Assembly: GCA_964304625.1 (NCBI GenBank)
Contig: OZ199838.1
Coordinates: forward strand, 7,799,466-7,863,465
Source: Kudoa neothunni
Lineage: Eukaryota > Animalia > Cnidaria
Direction of reading: 5' to 3'
DNA: 64,000 nucleotides
Numbering within the stretch: position 1 is the first letter of the stretch; the number at the start of each line of letters is the position of its first letter. The notes beneath the pieces are model-generated. The model was not told the DNA's origin. It ran no database searches and saw only the letters and a program-made list of their open reading frames with translations. Position numbers and translations under genes: made by a program. Shown here piece after piece: positions 41,928 through 55,228 of this stretch.

Positions 41928-42762
41928 GGCAGTGGCTATTTCACAGGAAATTAATATATCTAAAACTGACCAGTCGAATATACTGAAAATTTATATATTA
42001 ACATAATCCATAAAGAGTAATTGATTTATAAACTTTTTAACATAGACAGATATGTTTTACTAGACTAGATCCGTATCCATATTGTTATATTTTACTGAAT
42101 AACAGGAATCTTTCCTCTCTATGTTTTATTCCCTTTATATTTTAGTAGAATGTTAAAAATTAAAATCCTCAACGTTTAGCTGTTAAGCTTAGTGCACATT
42201 TTCTGATAATCATCTTAATTTCGAATGAAGATTATTTTTTGAAGAATTTCTAGCGCCAAATCTTTTAAAGTGCCCTAAAAGGTCAGGTAAATATCATTAA
42301 TCCAAAAGTTTAGATATTAAATTTCCGTTAATGAACAAGAAAATGTGTGTGTATATATATATATATACACACATATATACAGGTCGTGTAATTATAATAG
42401 ATTTGATTTAGTTAGGTCGATCTGAGGATGGATCGTCGAAGTAGGGCTTTAAACAGCCTGAAAATATTCAATTGCTTTGGTGTAACATAAAAAATTATTT
42501 TATTAATCGCTCTGTGTTTATAAATAAACTGATATGTTGGATTTTAAAGCCACTAACATTTGTTAAATCCAGCATAAAGACAGATTTTTATCGTAAAATC
42601 TATATAGTAAATTTTAAAACGAAAATTTAATAGATAAAAATATTTTTAAGTGGCAATGAAAATTATAGATCTAAGCAATCTTAGAATTTGGAGAAATTCG
42701 TTTTGATGGCAATAGACAGCCTCGACATGGGATTATACGCTAGCGTGGTAATAGCCACAGTC
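41928..42762. mobile_element. MULE-type MITE
   Basis: Ends ggcagtggctatt / aatagccacagtc. Shares segments with 722-830 and 1400-1467. No clean TSD. Confidence 0.55.
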
Positions 42763-45075
42763 TATTAACAAAGTATTATACATTATCTCCAGAATTTTTC
42801 TTTTAAATTACATTAAACTTATTGTACAAAACAAAAAATTCCTTTTGGAATTTTCTTGGTCGATCCATTTATTAAAAAATTTAAATAATTTTGAACATAA
42901 TACGTCCAATATAAATAAAAACGCTTGTGCGTGCGACAGAATTTTCTCCAGAGGGAAGAAATTTAATGAAAACATTATCAAGTATGATCAACAAGAAATT
43001 AGTTAATAACTGAACGCATTGGATGTTTCATTGACCAGAAAACTCTGAAGAGATGTAGACGAAACTAAATTGACGAAAATGATTACTTTTTAATGTAATT
43101 ATTAATAAATCAGTTTAAAAAAATAACTCAAACCAAAATAATTGCAAATAGTGCCTCGAATGTACGTCGAAAAACCTTCCGGTTAATCCATGCGGGTAGT
43201 TTGTTAAACAAATCATTATAGTAATCATAGCCGTCATTTTATACCATAAGGTTAACCAGCTGAGGACCGGTTCTAATAGGTTAATCAAATTATGTAAAGG
43301 AATAATTTTTGGATAAATTCAAAGAAATTTTTAAAATGGGTTATGGTATGATCACAACAAAAACCAAATTTATTCTCTCAGAGACAAGTAAAAACCAGAT
43401 TATTGATGAGACCATTATCAACGCCTATATCCCCTTTAAATCCTCTAAGTCTTAAGTCTGTTCGCACGATACTGTCTACATTTTTCAAATGGTGCTTTCT
43501 GACGTTAGAATGGTAGAATCATAAATGAAAATAAAGTCGGTTACTTATTTTTAGAGAACCAATAAATTCAGATTGGCTCTTTCGATTATGATAACTTTTA
43601 TTACCCCATTGGTTCTTATTTTGTCGATCTATGGAAGTAAGACGTCCCTCGATAATTATTTAAACTCTTTTACGATGGAAGAACTGTCTTCTATGAATGA
43701 AGGTATCTTTTTTAGGAAAATATATTAATAATCAGATTTTAGGCCAATGGGTTGTAAATATTAGATGTTTAATAATTATTATGCTTTTTCTCAGCATTTT
43801 TATTCCATTATCGGACGACATTATCGGTATACTATTACAAAAACATCAGAGTAGGCATGGTAGGATATTTTTGACTACTTTTGTATCAAGTAATTTAATA
43901 AACCTCAAACCTTATTTATATTGAGTTTCTAGTGATCATTCAATCATTTTCTGGCTATCTATATATAAAATTTATCTTTTATTCTATTTCATTGAATTCA
44001 CACATACATGTATCATTGATTCTACTTCTAATTGGAACAGTTTGTTATTCGGTATCTTCGCTGTTGTCATTATTGACAATGATACTATAGTTTTTGATTA
44101 AATTCTACTAGTTTTATTTCAATTTTGTTATTTTATCGCTGGTATTTCTCGTATCTCCAGTTCAGATACAACGTTTCACAAATTTAATTGATTACGTTTG
44201 TAGTTTTTATCACTTTTTATTAACATAACCAAAGAACGTCGGAAAAATAAATCGTTTGGTCAGACCGCTTTTTAAATCGACAAATTACTTTACGTAAAAG
44301 AGTTAATGACATTGACGTTCAAAGGATGCATCTAAATAATACTTTTGAGGAGATTGAGCGATATTTCAAGTAGAAAAAAATCTCACTTTCATAGAATTAC
44401 TAATAACATAGGTCAAACAATTTACAAAATCTTAATAAAAAAAAATATTGCAAATGCACTAAATTCAGGAATTAATAATATAAAAAAGGACCTTTGTACA
44501 CAAAAATGCTAAAATGATGAGTCGTAAAAGCTTATATAATCATTTAATTAACGCTTAGATATGTATCGAAAAATACTTATACCTAATCCTGTCTTTGTAG
44601 AAAAACGTCAAATTATCCAAGTTTATAAATATACATCGATTTAAATCATCAAATTTTACTATTATATACGTCTTCAATTGCTAGGCCTATTCATAATAAA
44701 CAAATCTACTCAAATTTAAAGAATGGCGTGTAATGAAACTAAGGTTTTAACAAATTTATGCACGCGAATAAAGTTCATAACTATAAAAACTATCTGTTTT
44801 TCTGCATATATTAATAATTCAATTTTTGCTGTAAATAAATTAATCCTGAATCACTTCATTAATGTGGAAATAGAAAAACGTTGCTACCAATGTTAATCAC
44901 ATCCCACTTCTTAAAAACAAAAATCACCAAATAATAATAAAATCTGATTTTGAGATATTTTCGATTTACTGGTGACTAAAATTAATCCGCAATATTCATT
45001 TTCTAATATTTATACAAATAATTTCCCCGAGTAAACAATTTAGAATGTTTCTTAACAGCTCAAAAGACTTATAAT

Positions 45076-46846
45076 TAGGGTTATAAATTTTCGATTAAAA
45101 TCGAGTTCAGTCGATTCAAACCGACAAATTTGAAAAAAAAGTGTTAGTTTTTATTTTGTCTCGATCGAAAAATGCCGATTTTGATTAATTGAAAACCGTG
45201 AAAATGGGAAGAAAACGTCGAGAGTTGACTGATTATTTAATTGAATGGAGCGACTTGTAAGTTGCGGGAGACTCGTTGTCATGCAAATATTGCAAGCTAG
45301 TTTTACCCCTTAAACGAAACAGAATACAAGAACACGTTGGATCTCAACAACACGCAGCTATGAAGACTAATGTGAAAAACACTATCCCCATAAAAGATAT
45401 GTTGCATTGTGATAGATCCAACTCAAGCGAAATTGAAATGGACCCAGTAAAGATTATATTATTTGATGGTCTTCCATTTCAAGATATTAATAAAGATAGT
45501 TCATTGAGGAGTGTGCACGCGATTAAACTAGCAATGGTAGATGTTCGCTACAGTTTGATAATTGACGAATCGCCTGACTTTAATAATGTACATGTTTTCA
45601 ACACGGCTAGTTATTACGATCACCAATAAAATAAAAGAATAATATTTATGTTAGGTTCACCCAGAATTTTAAATTGCAATTCTGTTATTGTTGCTAATCA
45701 ATTATCAAACATGCTGAAACGTTACGACTTGGTATGGGATAACTGTTGCGCTATTATTTCGGATTCAGCGTTATACATGAAAAAGTTCATCAACGATTTG
45801 AAACCAATGTGTTCACATATTATTCGAATTCCATGCTTTTCTCATATTGTCATCTTGTTGTCCGAAAAGCTACAGACGAATATTTCTTGGATATTACAAA
45901 ATTCTGAACAAAGTTTTCATCTATTCTGTCAAAGAATAGAAATGCAAAGAGAACATTCCTGATTCATCTCAAGAACAACAATTTGGAAAACCTCTAAATG
46001 AAATTATAGTAATTATGAAAATGTCAACATCTTATTTCTCTCTGTCATCAAGTTAATTGATGAACTTACGCCGCTGGTTGAATTTTCGAAACGTATTGAA
46101 ACCAACGAGGATTTCCGTTTCTCAAGTATATTCGACTGGATGAATAATAATTGTAGACTGAAGAAGAATTTTCTGAATGATCATAAAGATAATCTTGGAC
46201 TTCTTCCATTTGAAATTAGAATTAATCTTATCAATAAAATTGAATCTTTTCGCGGGAGCACCATCGAAAAAATCGATGATTTTATATCAAATAGTATTAA
46301 TGATTGTTGTCCATCAGCCATTTTCTTTAAAACAATCAAAAACATTGATCCAGCAACGCCATTACCAATTGAAAATGTACATATTGATGATCTTTGTTAT
46401 TTAATAGGAGCTAAAGACAAAGTTACCCTTAAAGATGAATACTATCTCCTTTGTAGGGCACTTAAAGATTCAAATCAACCTTCTATCATCACAGATTTCT
46501 GGATGGAAAAATCTAATATTTGCCCATTGCTGTCCAAACTTTTGTTGGATTTGTTGGCATTACCCATTTCATCTATCGCTGTAGAACGAAGTTATTCGAA
46601 ATTCTACAAAATAATTCGAACAGAACGAATGAAACTTTCAAATGAACACGCTTCAATGGTTTCGATGATGCTTATTGTTAACGGCCCATCTCTATTTTGA
46701 CTAGTAGTTACTCAAAATAACTATTTTTGTTTTATAAAACGTATTTTTTTATAGTCGCCTATAAAATTGATTTTTCGTTTATTCTTAAAATATACGTTAA
46801 AAAGGATGATTTAAAAAAAAATAAACGTCGAAAATTGCAAACCCTA
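45076..46846 (+). mobile_element. hAT transposon (CGGBP1-like zinc-finger type), pseudogenised
   Basis: TIRs tagggttataaattttcga / RC tagggtttgcaattttcga; 8-bp TSD cttataat/cttataag. Motifs CKYC..HVGSQQH, IIDESPD, SDSA, CFSH and SSIAVERSYS. Confidence 0.92.
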
Positions 46847-48828
46847 CTTATAAGATAGAACTGAGCCTCATAAGGTAAATTAATGACAGAACAAAAAGCG
46901 CGCAATAAATGTTGTTGGCTGCGTATAAAACAAGGTTTTACACATTTTTAAATGTAAATAAAGTAATTAAGGTCTCGATATTGCGTAGCTTTTTTTCACA
47001 AAATAATCCGAGTAATACGTCATTTTAAGTATTCCAGAAGTTGAAATGGTTAGATGTCAGAGAAGTATTAATGGTAAAACGTGAAATAATATTATACTAT
47101 AAATCATTAGGATCGATTCTTAGGCCAAAGCTTTACCATTCAAGAAATTTCACCTGTCTATTAAACACTAATTTCTAATTATTTTTAAATAAACATAGGT
47201 TATTCTTCGTTGGATAGAATTTTGTCTAAGGAAAGCGAAATTGTCGATTCTAATATTTCTGATAGTCGTATTAGAATATAAACGGTAAATATGATGAGCT
47301 TAAAACTCTCTTATTCAACTGGATTGTTCTCCAAAGGAAAAAGAAGACAAATATTCCTGGATTCATTATTTACGAAAAGGCCGCGAAAATAGCCGAAGAT
47401 CTTAAAATGAATTATTTCAATTGCGGTAAAGGTTGGTTCTCTAATTTCAAGACAAAGTATTGTTTGATGAATATCAGTTTATACGGAGAGGCTGGAAGTG
47501 CTGATATCAGTGCCATCCCCCAATGCATGAACGATAATTCTAATATCCTTGATAAATATAAACGGGTAGATATTATAAATATGGACGATACCGCCCTTTT
47601 CTACGAGCAATTATCTCAGCGAACGTATGTCACCAAGCAAGAATCTGATATAAAAGGAACAAAATAATAAAAAAAAGATTAACAATATTGGTTATTGCTT
47701 CATATACCGGCCAGAAATTTCCACTTTACGCGATTGGAAAATTTAAGAAACCGCGTTGTTTCAATGGGGCTAAAAATCTCCTAGTAAACTATCAGTTACA
47801 GAAAAATGGTTGGATGTCCGCGGTTCTATTCTTAGAAATCCTTAAAGGTTTAGACAAAAAATTTGGCCAACAAAATAGAAAAGTTCTTACCATCCTTGAT
47901 CAGTGCCCATCCCATCCTAACTTAACAAACCACATTAATAATATTGAATTGTTGTTTCTCCCTAAAATTACCACCAATGCTCTCCAGCTAATGGATCTCG
48001 GCATCACTCATAACCTGAAGGCCAATTACCGCAAATCGTTGGTTGGACAGTTTCTCTCCGACGAGGATACATCAACACCCTTCAAATACTCGATTTTGGA
48101 CAGTCTTCATACGTTGAAGGGAGCATGGGAAATGGTGGAGAGAAAAACTATTGAAAACTATTTCAAGAAATCTCAGGTATTAGTCAATCGTACGATTAAC
48201 TAATAAATTAATATTAATATAAAATAAAATAAAGAGGATACTAATGCAGATGTAGACTTCACATCTGAAACAAAAATTGTTGGTAAATATGCACTTTATG
48301 TAAATTTGTTTCAAACAAGTTCGAAGACGACTTTAGCGATAAAGTGGATTGAAGGAAGCTGAAACTGTACATGAGGACGAATCACATCAAGTCGATAAAA
48401 ATATTGCGATTATTTCAAAATGCGATGAGGATCCCGATTTTTATGAAAATAGTGATATAGTTAGGTCGGTTGAATTAAAAGATGCTATAAATATTATCAG
48501 AAGAGCTTTTATGCGAGAGAATCCTGCTGCTTTAATCTATACCTAACCCATAATGGACGAAATATATAAAATTATTAAAAATAGGGATAGGTTTAAAAAA
48601 ATAGATGACTTTATTGATAAAAGTTATCGCTTAATAGGTGACTTTGGGTTCCACGAGCCCACCTGAATAGTAAATTGTGCAGAATTCATTCAAAAAATGT
48701 TTTTTTATTTTTTGTCATGTAAATTGTTACAATTTTATTTTATATCTAGTCGTAAATTTTCAATTAATTCGAAATTCTTTATTTCAAACCGATGTTCACC
48801 CAAAAAGGATTATGACAATAGCAATAAG

Positions 48829-50703
48829 TAGGCATTGTCGTTTTCGATTAAAATCGATTTTAAACGCCGAATTTTTAAAAAATTTTCATTTCGACGTTTG
48901 TTTTTGGGCGAATTCTTCGGGATTTTTTGCAAACAAGTTTTAATTTAAAATGGGTAGAAATCGAAGATCAATTGACAGTTTTTTGACAGAAGGGGTTGAT
49001 TTAGAAATCATAAACGAAAATATTGTTTGCAAATATTGCAAAATAAAACTACCTATGCAACAAAATAGAGTTGTAGAACATGTCAACTCGAAAAAACATA
49101 TATCTACGAAATTATCTCATGAAAATTCCCAACCGATTCTTAATCTTCTTTTTTAGAGATAAGAATAACACTGATATCCAAATATATTTAGTTTCCATGG
49201 TTGTATTTGATGGTCTTCCATCGATAAAAAAAGTACGTTACGCAAATTGTTGGCCAAATACTGTGTGCCATCCAGATCATTCCAAATAGTCGAGCCTTGG
49301 TTGAGAAGTAATTGTCATTTCTATTTCAACAAAATAATGAATGTGTGAAATTATTGCTAAAAATAAGCGATTTTCTCTCATTATCGATGAATCGCCCGAT
49401 TTTAGAAATGGGCCTTTTCTAAATATTTTGGCTTGTTTTTACGATCATGAGACATCAACGAGGTGAGTACCTATGTCTGATTCAAAAATTCTCCGTGAAT
49501 GCAATGCCATTATAGTTGCCAATGAAATGTTGGAAATCCTAAATAATTACGAAATTATGTGGAAACAATGTATGGCAATTGTATCTGATTCTGCACCATA
49601 CATGAAAAAATATTACAGAAGTATATCTACCATGTATCATAATATTATTAGGATACCGTGGTTTTCACATCTTATCCATATTTGTCCGCGAAAAAATCAA
49701 TAGATACTGTATTCCACGATGTCAAATATTTCTGTATGAAATTTTCTGCATTACTAAGTAAAAACCAACCTGTAAAAATTAGCTTTTTGCATTATTTGGA
49801 TAAACAAAAAATCGAATATCGTAAAGAAATTCCAAGAATGCTCGACATTAGGTGGTACAGCTTTTACAAGTGTTTTCTTTGCTGTAGATGTAGATATTAT
49901 TTCCCAGCAATAAAAAAACTTTTCTGGAATCCGGACACGAATCTCTCTCCAAATTTATTGAACACATTGAATTCTCCGAAGAATATTATAACGAATGGTC
50001 TATTTATATACAATTTATAATATCTTCCCTTGATCCATTATACAAATTCTCATCCTTAATTGAATCTGATAATTCCTTTGGACTCCCACAACTTTACAAT
50101 TGGATACACAATAAATATAATATTCCTAAAGAAGAAATATTAAGCAATTATGAAAATGTCATTTCAATATTTCCTCTTGGTCGTCGACAAAAGATCCTTG
50201 AGAAGATGACACAATTCATCGATTCTTTGATTTTGGAACTATCAATAATAGTGACAAAGCAGACTGAAGGTTGTTTTCCTTCACCAGATTTCTTAAAAAC
50301 AATGAAAGATCTTGCTCTATGAAGTCCTAATTTTAAGAATGTTAATTTCGGACTAATTTCTTCTTATATTTAAAGCGAGGAACTTGATGGACTCAAGAGT
50401 GAATGTATAAACTACCCTAAATGTGACAATCAAGGAGAAAACTTTGAAATTACGTTGGAAGAAGAGTATACTAGGAAGTATCCCATACTTTCAAAAGTTG
50501 CTTTAGATTTAACTTCAATTCCGCAGTCATCGATCGCAGTTGAACGTAGCTTTTTAAAATTAAAGCATATATTGACTATGGATAGAGGAAAACTGTTTAA
50601 TTTAACATATTTTGATTTTGATGTTTGTTTTTTTCAAATTTCTGCGCAGTATGTTGCCGCGCACGGCAGGATTAAAAATAAACGTCGAAAACAGCAATGC
50701 CTA
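48829..50703 (+). mobile_element. hAT transposon related to 45076-46846
   Basis: TIRs taggcattgtcgttttcga / RC taggcattgctgttttcga; 8-bp TSD gcaataag/tcaataag. Motifs CKYC..HVNSKKH, IIDESPD, SDSAPYM and SSIAVERSF. Confidence 0.92.
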
Positions 50704-51281
50704 TCAATAAGTGTATCAGTGTCGTGTTTGAATTTCTCAAATAAATTATCCATTGATAAGTTATTGATGTGGATGCTTTTAATTCATTTGCCGTGTTTCT
50801 TCAAAGAATTTTGGAACATTTGAAAGACAAACCTAGTTGCCGACAACAATTTTTAGTGGACTTATTCGCTTCTTTGATTGTAAGCCACCAGAAATGAAGA
50901 GCTGAAGACTACAAAAATTGCGTGTCAAGCTGCCTTTAAGCTTTCTCTTGAAGCAGGTAGATTTAAATTCAATGAGAATAATTCGCCATTTATGGGAAAT
51001 AACAATGTAAACGATCGGAAACGATGTAGTTTATGTCCTGCACATATCATAAGGCGGGACAAACAAATATGTGATGTGTGTAACAACAGTATACGTAACG
51101 AGCATTCAATAGAAAAAATTTACCTGTTTGAGTGTCCCCCAAAATAAGTTATTTATTGTATATCATACATTTTTTATCACTCAACAACGTATTAAAGTAA
51201 GTAAATGCAGTTTAAAATATAATCTAATTAAGGATAGGAATTTATCCGGATGGGCTCGTCGAGCCCAAGGTCACCTATTAA

Positions 51282-52188
51282 TCCACCCTGTCCAGAGTGA
51301 GGTATATTTGGTACCCAAATTTGTTATTTTTTTGATAGTTTCGATAAGATAGCTCCGCTCACTGCAAGACTTTAAGAATACATCCAACATATTACAATAC
51401 GTCTTTTTTTTAATTTTTTTAAAAATAATTACTTGTTGAGTGAATACATTGAAGGTTTTTGTGTTACGTTACAAATTCAATGCATTATTTTTTAGAAATT
51501 TACCGCATAATTTATTAAATTTTAAATTTTTTAAAGTAACTGGACTATACGGAAAAAGCTTCGATAACTTACTTCCCTAAACACGTAGGAGATTAACCGA
51601 AATTTCATCCGATATTCCACAATTTCAACCCAACACGGGATATTACCTATGCAAAACATTTGAAATTTACAGTAAACATATTTTAAAATTTTGATAAACT
51701 CATTCTTCTAACCAAATTATGACTTATATAATTATACAGCACTGTAAACGTTCGTTCGTTGAAACCAATAAGCCATCATAAGACAATCTAATCCTATCAC
51801 ATGATCCGAACCTAGTCAGAGATTTCGCTGATAGCGTTTTCTTTGTAGGCCAATCTCTCTCATTTATTTTCCAATTTCGTTATTAAATTTCTTCTTATTC
51901 TTATATAAAAATGTTTTTATACTTCATACATATACATTTTTTTGATTAAATGCACTAATAGACTTTCATTCATCCAAAAATGGGAGTCGTTTTTTTGTCA
52001 TTTAAACTTATTAATCAAAGTAATTGGAACCATTAACCTTTAGATGTATATATATATATATATATATATGTGGAGATATTATTGACACACTAAGAAATGA
52101 TTTAAGAAATTTTATCTTCTAAAATGTTTGGGTACGAGAGTGACCCCATCGGCACCCGCGTGATTTTTTTGGCGCCGTACAGGGAGGG
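51282..52188. mobile_element. piggyBac-type MITE inserted in the TIR of another piggyBac
   Basis: TTAA|tccaccctgtcc ... gtacagggaggg|TTAA. The terminal motif is related to the ends at 16607 and 63978. Confidence 0.7.
52047..52068. repeat. (TA)n microsatellite; others near 42350, 55281 and 63452
   Basis: Direct reading of TA dinucleotide runs. Confidence 0.9.
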
Positions 52189-52785
52189 TTAAGGGTTAAT
52201 ATTTTTAGTTGTCCGCGCGCGCACGCCTAGATATTTGGTGGAAAATTCCTGTTCCTGAGAAACCCTGCAATATCGAGACCTTACGTATGTTAATTTATAT
52301 ATGTTCAAATCATATACTTCTGATTCCGAAAACTTTAATGGGTTGATAATAAGTGTTTCATTTCTTTCTCATAAAAACAGTACTAAGACCCACACAGCAT
52401 CAAAAATATCCTTTCAAGTTTGTTGTTATAAAAACATCGTTTTAATGTAGGGACGTAAACAAGGAAAATGAAAACCTTCGTTTTCCAAAATACGCTAACA
52501 ATTTCACCCAGAGTGATGTTTTGAATTTTACGAATTTCTAAAAACACAGCATTGCGCCACTGTCACGTAGGGCCAAGCATGTGACCAAAGGATAACGAAT
52601 GCTTACACACAGGCGGTAGTATAATTATGTCTTTTGATAAGGATGTCATTGCTCCGCGCTACATAGCCACTTTACCAGCTATTATTACGCGAAAATGGGA
52701 CAAGACAAAACTGTAGTTTTGATGATTCATAGGCGATTGTCTGGAAGACTCGCGCACAATAAAACAAAAACTATAAAATACGCTA

Positions 52786-55228
52786 TCAATCAATGGAGAT
52801 ATAATTCATTAATTGTTGATATATATATATATATTTAAAAGTTTCAACCGTGAATTTTCTTTTGAAGTAGTATTCTGAGAGGTAAGAACCCATCCATTCT
52901 TTTAAAGTCATCTTTATGTATCGCAACTTCGTGTTGATAACCAATAAGGGACAAATCTTTGTATCCCTTCCAACCATCCGTCCAAATCATCGAGCCCAAC
53001 TCGACATTGTTCAAGATGATATTTTCTAGCGTAATTTTGTCTCGAACATCCGTAATTTGCCGAAAAATATTACCATTTTTTGTCAATTACACCAACAAGA
53101 CTGGTTGACCAAAATTCTTCCACGATGGTATTTCTTTCTACAGATAAATGACTCGTCGATTTGAACAACTATGCCAGGAGAACCAATTTTTTCACGATGG
53201 AAGTCTAAGTACTCAGAGTAAATTTCTTGGACATACAGCATCCAATCAATTACACTGTGCTTAAAACCAATACACGGCTATCTACATGTTGTTCTATGTG
53301 ACATACAGTGACTTATGGGTCGTACGTCGGTAGCTAACAAAAAGAAATTCCTAACTCTTTCGAAAAAAATAGAAATTATCAAACACTACGGAAAGATATC
53401 GAATAAACCAAACGCCAAATTTGAAACAATGAAGGCCTTCGACGTAAAAGCAAGATCTACCTTGAATACTATCCTAAACAATAAAGACAAGTTGCTTAAG
53501 CACTATAAACGACGTTTCTGTTTCCAAATTAAGAAAAACTCTTAAGAAAGGAGAACATATAGATATCGATCATCAAGTGAAGGACTGGATAGAGCTCATG
53601 AGAGCGAAAAATATAGAACTTTCTCAAGAAGTTATCATCAATAAAGCCAATGAATTCCTTGATGATGCCTCAAAGGAAACACCTTTGTCTACTGGCTGAT
53701 TTTATGGCTTTATAAAAAGATTTAATATCTCTCGTAATACATTTTTCGGTGAATCTAAAAGTGTAAACAATATTGTCATCGAGGAATGGAAAACCAATTT
53801 GAGCGAAATCCTTAAGAGCTGGGAGCCTAAGGATATTTTTAATACAGACGAAACAGGCTTGTATTATCAGCAACGAAAAAGTTACTAATATTTTAATGTG
53901 TTATATATCTTGCGTAGGTAGAGGATATGTATTCACTAACGAGGTAAATGAAAATGGGTGCGAACAATCAAAAATAAGAATAACTGCTTTATTTATCTGC
54001 TCTATGCTTAGATAAAAATTAGACCCATTAATAATAGGTAAGTTTTCAAAGTCCCGTTGTTTTGGATCAATTAAAAAGCTGCCGTTGGATTATGAAGCAA
54101 ACACTAACGCTTGGATGACAGAGAAAATATTTTTCCAATTCCTCATTAGGTGGAACAAGAAATTAATTATGTTAACAAGAAAAATTTTGCTTTTTCTTGA
54201 CAACTGCCCCTCACACCCTAATTTGAACCTTTCCAGTATTACATTATATTTCTTCCCACCTAATACTACTAGCGTTTTGCAACCTCTTGACCAAGGGATA
54301 ATCAACTATGTTAATGTAATTTATAAGAAACATTTAATGGAGTCTCTTATATAGAGCGTGGAAGCTGGATCGACAAAATGCGAATTACCCAACATTTTGG
54401 AAGCGATGTTTCTGTTGAAGAATTCATGCGATCATCTAAAAACCGAGACAGTTGTAAATTGTTTTAGGAAGTCATTTTTCCCCATGCCAAGAAGAATTAG
54501 AAACTCTCACAGCAAATGAGAATCCACCTATCGAATAAAAAGAAATGATGGAAGAAGTCAATATAATCACTAGAAATCCAGAAGTTTGTGCTGTTGATGA
54601 AGTGGATAACGATAATATTAATATTCTTTCACATCATGATAGGATAGAAGCAGAGTCTGATAATGATTCTATTGAAGCTGTTCCCGTTTCTGATAAGGAG
54701 ATATTTTAAAACCAAAAGCCCACAAATGTTAAAGCAAATAACAAAATTAGACGTCGAACTCCTGAAAATTCGACGATCTAATTTTAGGAACAGCTGCATT
54801 ACAAATTACTTTAAAAGTAACAGTAGTTGAGTACACTTGTTAACGAAAATATTACGTATTATTTTTAATTTATTTTCGCATGCGTAAAGTTATGTGTGGT
54901 GCGTAATTATGACTCGTGCGTAATGACTTTGAATTCCCTTTTGATTACGCACGACCCATAAGTCACCGTATTTATGTCATTTAGACTAAAATACATCAGG
55001 GAAAATATCTGCCATAATGATAAATGTGACCCCTCAACAAGATTCCGTTTCTAATTGAACATTTCTTTTTACAAAAAATATACACAAATCATCATTATTT
55101 TTTTGATTTATCAGATACATATCTGATAAGCATTTACTACACTTTTTAACTTTTGCCAACAGCCCAAATTTTGTAGCATTAAAAAATTTTTCAACATCGG
55201 TGTTAAGATTGTTGCAACTATTATTCAT
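52786..55228 (-). pseudogene. Merlin transposase pseudogene split by a pogo insertion
   Basis: CSKC, then SHLSLWQI..|..VIDW..IGSPGIVVQIDES..KKYHRGR and WTDGWKGY. The frame rejoins across the TA target at 53304/54969. Confidence 0.85.
53306..54968 (+). mobile_element. pogo/Tigger transposon of the family that gave rise to 10333-11135 and 39722-40550
   Basis: TA|cagtgacttatgggtcgtacgt ... acgcacgacccataagtcaccg|TA. Motifs NTDETGL, DNCPSH and QPLDQGII; stops and frameshifts present. Confidence 0.94.

Larger units (their letters stand above)
48628..52195 (+). mobile_element. Internally deleted piggyBac
   Basis: Reconstructed TIR CCCTTAATAGGTGAC plus a tgggctc..gagccca subterminal motif shared with 22288-27424. 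Retains the transposase 3' end (VDAFNSFAVF; KRCSLC..CDVC..EH) at about 50760-51140. Confidence 0.82.
46966..52285 (+). mobile_element. pogo/Tigger transposon with nested piggyBac and hAT insertions
   Basis: TIRs taaggtctcgatattgc at both ends with TA flanks. Transposase about 47050-48627 contains GWFSNFK, NMDDTALFY, DQCPSH and LMDLGI. Confidence 0.88.

Noticed and set aside
43040-43080. Hammerhead ribozyme core (ctgaaga...cgaaac); similar partial motifs at about 42420 and 57121
   Set aside because: No proper stem II/III pairing or NUH cleavage triplet could be formed.
48635-51277. piggyBac-like element with non-canonical TAGG termini
   Set aside because: The true CCC/GGG ends lie outside (48628 and 52195); the TTAA is internal to the TIR.
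52186-52199. gggttaagggttaa as an interstitial telomere-like repeat
   Set aside because: Fully explained by two stacked piggyBac ends (ggg|TTAA twice).
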